Shown: positions 50,201 through 60,824 of the stretch, piece by piece
Layout of the letters: each line of letters begins with the position of its first letter
Numbering within the stretch: position 1 is the first letter of the stretch
Assembly (NCBI GenBank): GCA_002189035.1
Contig: NEEC01000226.1
Span: forward strand, 1-60,824
Length of the DNA: 60,824 nt
From: Utricularia gibba
Lineage: Eukaryota; Plantae; Magnoliophyta
Direction: 5' to 3'
The notes under the pieces: model-generated
Seen by the model: only the letters and a program-made list of their open reading frames with translations
Databases searched by the model: none
What the model was told of the DNA's origin: nothing
Position numbers and translations under genes: made by a program

Positions 50201-53200
50201 AAATTTCGGATTTCGAGGCGATCCGTTACAGTGCCTCAGGTGCGGTCCAACCCACCTCATGATGGGCACTGCTTGGTATCTCGTCGATATCTTGCAAACC
50301 GTAGTGAGTCACGCTTTGCTTGATATAGCGTTACGAAGCTCGCTCCGAGCCGGTCGAATTTCGTGTTCAAAGTTTCTCCATCCGACGAACCGTTACAGCT
50401 CGTATTTTTGCCTGATAATAGCCCACACTTGTGCCACAAAGTGGCCACCACGTACGCGACAATGCGACTGAGGACACCGCAATCGACGCGAATGTCATTT
50501 CATGCATGCAAAACAAATGCATTTCATTCGACGATGTTAAATTTCGGATTTCGAGGCGATCCGTTACAGTGCCTCAGGTGCGGTCCAACCCACACCTCAT
50601 GATGGCCTCGTGCACTGCTTGGTATCTCGTCGATATCTTGCAAACCGTAGTGAGTCACGCTTTGCTTGATATAGCGTTACGAAGCTCGCTCCGAGCCGGT
50701 CGAATTTCGTGTTCAAAGTTTCTCCATCCGACGAACCGTTACAGCTCGTATTTTTGCCTGATAATAGCCCACACTTGTGCCACAAAGTGGCCACCACGTA
50801 CGCGACAATGCGACTGAGGACACCGCAATCGACGCGAATGTCATTTCATGCATGCAAAACAAATGCATTTCATTCGACGATGTTAAATTTCGGATTTCGA
50901 GGCGATCCGTTACAGTGCCTCGGTGTGGTCCAACACACCTCATGATGGCCTCGTGCATTTGGTATCTCGTCGATATCTTGCAAACCGTAGTGAGTCACGC
51001 TTTGCTTGATATAGCGTTACGAAGCTCGCTCCGAGCCGGTCGAATTTCGTGTTCAAAGTTTCTCATCGACGAACCGTTACAGCTCGTATTTTTGCCTGAT
51101 AATAGCCCACACTTGTGCCACAAAGTGGCCACCACGTACGCGACAATGCGACTGAGGACACCAATCGACGCGAATGTCATTTCATGCATGCAAAACAAAT
51201 GCATTTCATTGACGATGTTAAATTTCGGATTTCGAGGCGATCCGTTACAGTGCCTCACGGTCCAACCCACACCTCATGATGGCCTCGTGCACTGCTTGGT
51301 ATCTCGTCGATATCTTGCAAACCGTAGTGAGTCACGCTTTGCTTGATATAGCGTTACGAAGCTCGCTCCGAGCCGGTCGAATTTCGTGTTCAAAGTTTCT
51401 CCATCCGACGAACCGTTACAGCTCGTATTTTTGCCTGATAATAGCCCACACTTGTGCCACAAAGTGGCCACCACGTACGCGACAATGCGACTGAGGACAC
51501 CGCAATCGACGCGAATGTCATTTCATGCATGCAAAACAAATGCATTTCATTCGACGATGTTAAATTTCGGATTTCGAGGCGATCCGTTACAGTGCCTCAG
51601 GTGGTCCAAACACCTCATGATGGCCTCGTGCATGGTATCTCGTCGATATCTTGCAAACCGTAGTGAGTCACGCTTTGCTTGATATAGCGTTTCGAAGCTC
51701 GCTCCGAGCCGGTCGAATTTCGTGTTCAAAGTTTCTCATCCGACGAACCGTTACAGCTCGTATTTTTGCCTGATAATAGCCCACACTTGTGCCACAAAGT
51801 GGCCACCACGTACGCGACAATGCGACTGAGGACACCGCAATGACGCGAATGTCATTTCATGCATGCAAAACAAATGCATTTCATTCGACGATGTTAAATT
51901 TCGGATTTCGAGGCGATCCGTTACAGTGCCTCAGGGTGCGGTCCAACCCACACCTCATGATGGCCTCGTGCACTGTTTGGTATCTCGTCGATATCTTGCA
52001 AACCGTAGTGAGTCACGCTTTGCTTGATATAGCGTTACGAAGCTCGCTCCGAGCCGGTCGAATTTCGTGTTCAAAGTTTCCATCCGACGAACCGTTACAG
52101 CTCGTATTTTTGCCTGATAATAGCCCACACTTGTGCCACAAAGTGGCCACCACGTACGCGACAATGCGACTGAGGACACCGCAATCGACGCGAATGTCAT
52201 TTCATGCATGCAAAAAAAATGCATTTCATTGGACGATGTTAAATTTCGGATTTCGAGGCGATCCGTTACAGTGCCTAACCCACACCTCATGATGGCCTCG
52301 TGCACTGTTTGGTATCTCGTCGATATCTTGCAAACCGTAGTGAGTCACGCTTTGCTTGATATAGCGTTTCGAAGCTCGCTCCAGCCGGTCGAATTTCGTG
52401 TTCAAAGTTTCTCCATCCGACGAACCGTTACAGCTCGTATTTTTGCCTGATAATAGCCCACACTTGTGCCACAAAGTGGCCACCACGTACGCGACAATGC
52501 GACTGAGGACACCGCAATCGACGCGAATGTCATTTCATGCATGCAAAACAAATGCATTTCATTCGACGATGTTAAATTTCGGATTTCGAGGCGATCCGTT
52601 ACAGTGCCTCAGGTGCGTCCAACCCACACCTCATGATGGCCTCGTGCACTGCTTGGTATCTCGTCGATATCTTGCAAACCGTAGTGAGTCACGCTTTGCT
52701 TGATATAGCGTTACGAAGCTCGCTCCGAGCCGGTCGAATTTCGTGTTCAAAGTTTCTCCATCCGACGAACCGTTACAGCTCGTATTTTTGCCTGATAATA
52801 GCCCACACTTGTGCCACAAAGTGGCCACCACGTACGCGACAATGCGACTGAGGACACCGCAATCGACGCGAATGTCATTTCATGCATGCAAAACAAATGC
52901 ATTTCATTCGACGATGTTAAATTCGGATTTCGAGGCGATCCGTTACAGTGCCTCCCAACCCACACCTCATGATGGCCTCGTGCACTGGGTATCTCGTCGA
53001 TATCTTGCAAACCGTAGTGAGTCACGCTTTGCTTGATATAGCGTTTCGAAGCTCGCTCCGAGCCGGTCGAATTTCGTGTTCAAAGTTTCTCCATCCGACG
53101 AACCGTTACAGCTCGTATTTTTGCCTGATAATAGCCCACACTTGTGCCACAAAGTGGCCACCACGTACGCGACAATGCGACTGAGGACACCGCAATCGAC

Positions 53201-56200
53201 GCGAATGTCATTTCATGCATGCAAAACAAATGCATTTCATTGACGATGTTAAATTTCGGATTTCGAGGCGATCCGTTACAGTGCCTTGGTCCAACCCACA
53301 CTCATGATGGCCTCGTGCACTGTTTGGTATCTCGTCGATATCTTGCAAACCGTAGTGAGTCACGCTTTGCTTGATATAGCGTTACGAAGCTCGCTCCGAG
53401 CCGGTCGAATTTCGTGTTCAAAGTTTCTCCATCCGACGAACCGTTACAGCTCGTATTTTTGCCTGATAATAGCCCACACTTGTGCCACAAAGTGGCCACC
53501 ACGTACGCGACAATGCGACTGAGGACACCGCAATCGACGCGAATGTCATTTCATGCATGCAAAACAAATGCATTTCATTGACGATGTTAAATTTCGGATT
53601 TCGAGGCGATCCGTTACAGTGCCTCAGGTGCGGTCCAACCCACACCTCATGATGGCCTCGTGCACTGCTTGGTATCTCGTCGATATCTTGCAAACCGTAG
53701 TGAGTCACGCTTTGCTTGATATAGCGTTACGAAGCTCGCTCCGAGCCGGTCGAATTTCGTGTTCAAAGTTTCTCCATCCGACGAACCGTTACAGCTCGTA
53801 TTTTTGCCTGATAATAGCCCACACTTGTGCCACAAAGTGGCCACCACGTACGCGACAATGCGACTGGAAACCGCAATCGACGCGAATGTCATTTCATGCA
53901 TGCAAAAAAATGCATTTCATTGGACGATGTTAAATTTCGGATTTCGAGGCGATCCGTTACAGTGCCTCGGGTGGTCCAACCCACACCTCATGATGGCCTC
54001 GTGCACTGTTTGGTATCGTCGATATCTTGCAAACCGTAGTGAGTCACGCTTTGCTTGATATAGCGTTTCGAAGCTCGCTCCGAGCCGGTCGAATTTCGTG
54101 TTCAAAGTTTCTCCATCCGACGAACCGTTACAGCTCGTATTTTTGCCTGATAATAGCCCACACTTGTGCCACAAAGTGGCCACCACGTACGCGACAATGC
54201 GACTGAGGACACCGCAATCGACGCGAATGTCATTTCATGCATGCAAAACAATGCATTTCATTCGACGATGTTAAATTTCGGATTTCGAGGCGATCCGTTA
54301 CAGTGCCTTGGTCCAACCCACACCTCATGATGGCCTCGTGCACTGTTTGGTATCTCGTCGATATCTTGCAAACCGTAGTGAGTCACGCTTTGCTTGATAT
54401 AGCGTTTCGAAGCTCGCTCCGAGCCGGTCGAATTTTGTGTTCAAAGTTTCTCCATCCGACGAACCGTTACAGCTCGTATTTTTGCCTGATAATAGCCCAC
54501 ACTTGTGCCACAAAGTGGCCACCACGTACGCGACAATGCGACTGAGGACACCGCAATCGACGCGAATGTCATTTCATGCATGCAAAACAAATGCATTTCA
54601 TTCGACGATGTTAAATTTCGGATTTCGAGGCGATCCGTTACAGTGCCTCAGGTGGTCCAACCCACACCTCATGATGGCCTCGTGCACTGTTTGGTATCTC
54701 GTCGATATCTTGCAAACCGTAGTGAGTCACGCTTTGCTTGATATAGCGTTACGAAGCTCGCTCCGAGCCGGTCGAATTTCGTGTTCAAAGTTTCTCCATC
54801 CGACGAACCGTTACAGCTCTCGTATTTTTGCCTGATAATAGCCCACACTTGTGCCACAAAGTGGCCACCACGTACGCGACAATGCGACTGAGGACACTCG
54901 ACGCGAATGTCATTTCATGCATGCAAAACAATGCATTTCATTCGACGATGTTAAATTTCGGATTTCGAGGCGATCCGTTACAGTGCCTCAGGTGTGGTCC
55001 AACCCACACCTCATGATGGCCTCGTGCACTTTGGTATCTCGTCGATATCTTGAAAACCGTAGTGAGTCACGCTTGCTTGATATAGCGTTACGAAGCTCGC
55101 TCCGAGCCGGTCGAATTTCGTGTTCAAAGTTTCTCCATCCGACGAACCGTTACAGCTCGTATTTTTGCCTGATAATAGCCCACACTTGTGCCACAAAGTG
55201 GCCACCACGTACGCGACAATGCGACTGAGGACACCGCAATCGACGCGAATGTCATTTCATGCATGCAAAACAAATGCATTTCATTCGACGATGTTAAATT
55301 TCGGATTTCGAGGCGATCCGTTACAGTGCCTCAGGTGCGGTCCAACCCACACCTCATGATGGCCTCGTGCACTGTTGGTATCTCGTCGATATCTTGCAAA
55401 CCGTAGTGAGTCACGCTTTGCTTGATATAGCGTTACGAAGCTCGCTCCGAGCCGGTCGAATTTCGTGTTCAAAGTTTCTCCATCCGACGAACCGTTACAG
55501 CTCGTATTTTTGCCTGATAATAGCCCACACTTGCCCACAAAGTGGCCACCACGTACGCGACAATGCGACTGAGGACACCGCAATCGACGCGAATGTCATT
55601 TCATGCATGCAAAAAAAATGCATTTCATTGGACGATGTTAAATTTCGGATTTCGAGGCGATCCGTTACAGTGCCTCAGGTGCGGTCCAACCCACACCTCA
55701 TGATGGCCTCGTGCACTGCTTGGTATCTCGTCGATATCTTGCAAACCGTAGTGAGTCACGCTTTGCTTGATATAGCGTTACGAAGCTCGCTCCGAGCCGG
55801 TCGAATTTCGTGTTCAAAGTTTCTCCATCCGACGAACCGTTACAGCTCGTATTTTTGCCTGATAATAGCCCACACTTGTGCCACAAAGTGGCCACCACGT
55901 ACGCGACAATGCGACTGAGGACACCGCAATCGACGCGAATGTCATTTCATGCATGCAAAACAAATGCATTTCATTGGACGATGTTAAATTTCGGATTTCG
56001 AGGCGATCCGTTACAGTGCCTCAGGTGCGGTCCAACCCACACCTCATGATGGCCTCGTGCACTGCTTGGTATCTCGTCGATATCTTGCAAACCGTAGTGA
56101 GTCACGCTTTGCTTGATATAGCGTTACGAAGCTCGCTCCGAGCCGGTCGAATTTCGTGTTCAAAGTTTCTCCATCCGACGAACCGTTACAGCTCGTATTT

Positions 56201-59200
56201 TTGCCTGATAATAGCCCACACTTGTGCCACAAAGTGGCCACCACGTACGCGACAATGCGACTGAGGACACCGCAATCGACGCGAATGTCATTTCATGCAT
56301 GCAAAACAAATGCATTTCATTCGACGATGTTAAATTTCGGATTTCGAGGCGATCCGTTACAGTGCCTCAGGTGTGGTCCAACCACACCTCATGATGGCCT
56401 CGTGCACTGCTTGGTATCTCGTCGATATCTTGCAAACCGTAGTGAGTCACGCTTTGCTTGATATAGCGTTACGAAGCTCGCTCCGAGCCGGTCGAATTTC
56501 GTGTTCAAAGTTTCTCCATCCGACGAACCGTTACAGCTCGTATTTTTGCCTGATAATAGCCCACACTTGTGCCACAAAGTGGCCACCACGTACGCGACAA
56601 TGCGACTGAGGACACCGCAATCGACGCGAATGTCATTTCATGCATGCAAAACAAATGCATTTCATTCGACGATGTTAAATTTCGGATTTCGAGGCGATCC
56701 GTTACAGTGCCTCAGGTGTGGTCCAACACACCTCATGATGGCCTCGTGCAATCTCGTCGATATCTTGCAAACCGTAGTGAGTCACGCTTTGCTTGATATA
56801 GCGTTTCGAAGCTCGCTCCGAGCCGGTCGAATTTCGTGTTCAAAGTTTCTCATCCGACGAACCGTTACAGCTCGTATTTTTGCCTGATAATAGCCCACAC
56901 TTGTGCCACAAAGTGGCCACCACGTACGCGACAATGCGACTGAGGACACCGCAATCGACGCGAATGTCATTTCATGCATGCAAAACAAATGCATTTCATT
57001 CGACGATGTTAAATTTCGGATTTCGAGGCGATCCGTTACAGTGCCTCAGGTGCGGTCCAACCACACCTCATGATGGCCTCGTGCACTGCTTTGGTATCTC
57101 GTCGATATCTTGCAAACCGTAGTGAGTCACGCTTTGCTTGATATAGCGTTACGAAGCTCGCTCCGAGCCGGTCGAATTTCGTGTTCAAAGTTTCTCCATC
57201 CGACGAACCGTTACAGCTCGTATTTTTGCCTGATAATAGCCCACACTTGTGCCACAAAGTGGCCACCACGTACGCGACAATGCGACTGAGGACACCGCAA
57301 TCGACGCGAATGTCATTTCATGCATGCAAAACAAATGCATTTCATTCGACGATGTTAAATTTCGGATTTCGAGGCGATCCGTTACAGTGCCTCAGGTGCG
57401 GTCCAACCCACACTCATGATGGCCTCGTGCACTGTTGGTATCTCGTCGATATCTTGCAAACCGTAGTGAGTCACGCTTTGCTTGATATAGCGTTACGAAG
57501 CTCGCTCCGAGCCGGTCGAATTTCGTGTTCAAAGTTTCTCCATCCGACGAACCGTTACAGCTCGTATTTTTGCCTGATAATAGCCCACACTTGTGCCACA
57601 AAGTGGCCACCACGTACGCGACAATGCGACTGAGGACACCGCAATCGACGCGAATGTCATTTCATGCATGCAAAAAAATGCATTTCATTCGACGATGTTA
57701 AATTTCGGATTTCGAGGCGATCCGTTACAGTGCCTCAGGTGCGGTCCAACCCACACCTCATGATGGCCTCGTGCATGTTGGTATCTCGTCGATATCTTGC
57801 AAACCGTAGTGAGTCACGCTTTGCTTGATATAGCGTTACGAAGCTCGCTCCGAGCCGGTCGAATTTCGTGTTCAAAGTTTCTCCATCCGACGAACCGTTA
57901 CAGCTCGTATTTTTGCCTGATAATAGCCCACACTTGTCCCACAAAGTGGCCACCACGTACGCGACAATGCGACTGAGGACACCATCGACGCGAATGTCAT
58001 TTCATGCATGCAAAACAAATGCATTTCATTCGACGATGTTAAATTTCGGATTTCGAGGCGATCCGTTACAGTGCCTCAGGTGCGGTCCAACACACTCATG
58101 ATGGCCTCGTGCACCTTTGGTATCTCGTCGATATCTTGCAAACCGTAGTGAGTCACGCTTTGCTTGATATAGCGTTTCGAAGCTCGCTCCGAGCCGGTCG
58201 AATTTCGTGTTCAAAGTTTCTCATCCGACGAACCGTTACAGCTCGTATTTTTGCCTGATAATAGCCCACACTTGTGCCACAAAGTGGCCACCACGTACGC
58301 GACAATGCGACTGAGGACACCGCAATCGACGCGAATGTCATTTCATGCATGCAAAACAAATGCATTTCATTCGACGATGTTAAATTTCGGATTTCGAGGC
58401 GATCCGTTACAGTGCCTCAGGTGCGGTCCAACCCACACCTCATGATGGCCTCGTGCACTGCTTGGTATCTCGTCGATATCTTGCAAACCGTAGTGAGTCA
58501 CGCTTTGCTTGATATAGCGTTACGAAGCTCGCTCCGAGCCGGTCGAATTTCGTGTTCAAAGTTTCTCCATCCGACGAACCGTTACAGCTCGTATTTTTGC
58601 CTGATAATAGCCCACACTTGTGCCACAAAGTGGCCACCACGTACGCGACAATGCGACTGAGGACACCGCAATCGACGCGAATGTCATTTCATGCATGCAA
58701 AACAAATGCATTTCATTCGACGATGTTAAATTTCGGATTTCGAGGCGATCCGTTACAGTGCCTCGGTGTTCCAACACACCTCATGATGGCCTCGTGCACT
58801 TTGGTATCTCGTCGATATCTTGCAAACCGTAGTGAGTCACGCTTTGCTTGATATAGCGTTTCGAAGCTCGCTCCGAGCCGGTCGAATTTCGTCAAAGTTT
58901 CTCATCCGACGAACCGTTACAGCTCGTATTTTTGCCTGATAATAGCCCACTTGTGCCACAAAGTGGCCACCACGTACGCGACAATGCGACTGAGGACACC
59001 GCAATCGACGCGAATGTCATTTCATGCATGCAAAACAAATGCATTTCATTCGACGATGTTAAATTTCGGATTTCGAGGCGATCCGTTACGTGCCTCAGGT
59101 GCGGTCCAACCCACACCTCATGATGGCCTCGTGCACTTTGGTATCTCGTCGATATCTTGCAAACCGTAGTGAGTCACGCTTTGCTTGATATAGCGTTACG

Positions 59201-60824
59201 AAGCTCGCTCCGAGCCGGTCGAATTTCGTGTTCAAAGTTTCTCCATCCGACGAACCGTTACAGCTCGTATTTTTGCCTGATAATAGCCCACACTTGTGCC
59301 AAAAGTGGCCACCACGTACGCGACAATGCGACTGAGGACACGCAATCGACGCGAATGTCATTTCATGCATGCAAAACAAATGCATTTCATTGACGATGTT
59401 AAATTTCGGATTTCGAGGCGATCCGTTACAGTGCCTCAGGTGGGTCCAACCCACACCTCATGATGGCCTCGTGCACTGCTTGGTATCTCGTCGATATCTT
59501 GCAAACCGTAGTGAGTCACGCTTTGCTTGATATAGCGTTACGAAGCTCGCTCCGAGCCGGTCGAATTTCGTGTTCAAAGTTTCTCCATCCGACGAACCGT
59601 TACAGCTCGTATTTTTGCCTGATAATAGCCCACACTTGTGCCACAAAGTGGCCACCACGTACGCGACAATGCGACTGAGGACACCGCAATCGACGCGAAT
59701 GTCATTTCATGCATGCAAAACAAATGCATTTCATTCGACGATGTTAAATTTCGGATTTCGAGGCGATCCGTTACAGTGCCTCGGGTTGGTCCAACCACCT
59801 CATGATGGCCTCGTGCACTTTGGTATCTCGTCGATATCTTGAAAACCGTAGTGAGTCACGCTTGCTTGATATAGCGTTTCGAAGCTCGCTCCGAGCCGGT
59901 CGAATTTCGTGTTCAAAGTTTCTCATCCGACGAACCGTTACAGCTCGTATTTTTGCCTGATAATAGCCCACACTTGTGCCACAAAGTGGCCACCACGTAC
60001 GCGACAATGCGACTGAGGACACCCAATCGACGCGAATGTCATTTCATGCATGCAAAACAAATGCATTTCATTCGACGATGTTAAATTTCGGATTTCGAGG
60101 CGATCCGTTACAGTGCCTCAGGTGCGGTCCAACCCACACCTCATGATGGCCTCGTGCACTGCTTGGTATCTCGTCGATATCTTGCAAACCGTAGTGAGTC
60201 ACGCTTTGCTTGATATAGCGTTACGAAGCTCGCTCCGAGCCGGTCGAATTTCGTGTTCAAAGTTTCTCCATCCGACGAACCGTTACAGCTCGTATTTTTG
60301 CCTGATAATAGCCCACACTTGTGCCACAAAGTGGCCACCACGTACGCGACAATGCGACTGAGGACACCGCAATCGACGCGAATGTCATTTCATGCATGCA
60401 AAACAAATGCATTTCATTGACGATGTTAAATTTCGGATTTCGAGGCGATCCGTTACAGTGCCTCAGGTGTGGTCCAACCCACACCTCATGATGGCCTCGT
60501 GCACTGCTTGGTATCTCGTCGATATCTTACAAACCGTAGTGAGTCACGCTTTGCTTGATATAGCGTTACGAAGCTCGCTCCGAGCCGGTCGAATTTCGTG
60601 TTCAAAGTTTCTCCATCCGACGAACCGTTACAGCTCGTATTTTTGCCTGATAATAGCCCACACTTGTGCCACAAAGTGGCCACCACGTACGCGACAATGC
60701 GACTGAGGACACCCGCAATCGACGCGAATGTCATTTCATGCATGCAAAACAAATGCATTTCATTCGACGATGTTAAATTTCGGATTTCGAGGCGATCCGT
60801 TACAGTGCCTCGGGTGTGGTCCAA

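Larger units (their letters stand above)
1..60824 (+). repeat. Tandem satellite-type array, 346-bp monomer, about 176-180 head-to-tail copies, running off both ends of the window
   Basis: The same monomer recurs continuously from base 1 to 60824. Identical ORFs repeat at a 346-bp period in clean stretches (9456/9802, 13917/14263, 47367/47713, 50431/50777). All copies are in one orientation and I saw no non-repeat insert. Copy number is window length divided by about 340-346. Confidence 0.99.

Noticed and set aside
31-60824. Hundreds of 60-297-aa ORFs, including the recurring 128-aa MPQSGHHVRD...RTRQCD
   Set aside because: All are readings of the same repeat. 346 is not a multiple of 3, the 128-aa ORF (387 nt) is longer than the unit and overlaps itself in another frame, many use non-ATG starts, I recognise no domain, and frequent indels join or break frames at random. 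The longest (31771-32664, 37279-38001) are indel-fused repeats.
1-60824. Rolling-circle concatemer of a 346-nt viroid-like RNA, eccDNA or amplicon
   Set aside because: The size fits, but I see no viroid central conserved region, ribozyme or extended rod-like complementarity. Linked multi-site haplotypes that alternate or cluster by position are not expected from copying one template. Not fully excluded without knowing how the library was made.
1-60824. CRISPR array
   Set aside because: There are no unique spacers; the entire 346-bp unit repeats, and no cas genes are present.

Overview
The whole 60,824-bp window is one uninterrupted head-to-tail tandem array of a 346-bp monomer (about 176-180 copies, all on the same strand, no array edge, no inserted unique sequence, no inversion seen). 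Consensus, present intact at 8476-8821 (window coordinate = 8475 + consensus position): ACCGCAATCGACGCGAATGTCATTTCATGCATGCAAAACAAATGCATTTCATTCGACGATGTTAAATTTCGGATTTCGAGGCGATCCGTTACAGTGCCTCAGGTGCGGTCCAACCCACACCTCATGATGGCCTCGTGCACTGCTTGGTATCTCGTCGATATCTTGCAAACCGTAGTGAGTCACGCTTTGCTTGATATAGCGTTACGAAGCTCGCTCCGAGCCGGTCGAATTTCGTGTTCAAAGTTTCTCCATCCGACGAACCGTTACAGCTCGTATTTTTGCCTGATAATAGCCCACACTTGTGCCACAAAGTGGCCACCACGTACGCGACAATGCGACTGAGGAC. By hand count it is about 50% GC (172/346) with 31 CpG (O/E about 1.5). It is best read as a eukaryotic satellite DNA whose family and host I do not recognise. I find no credible gene, RNA gene, CRISPR array, mobile element or ribozyme; every ORF in the track is a reading of the repeat. 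The real structure is inside the array: traces of an ancestral ~173-bp dimer, a recurrent variant subfamily, a local two-monomer higher-order repeat near 29.3-33.1 kb, conserved versus hypervariable blocks, and clustered dyads. Much of the apparent divergence (deletion-biased errors; scrambled blocks at ~31.2-31.9 kb and ~44.4-47.2 kb) looks like long-read or consensus artefact. I see no support for a new gene-encoded system here.
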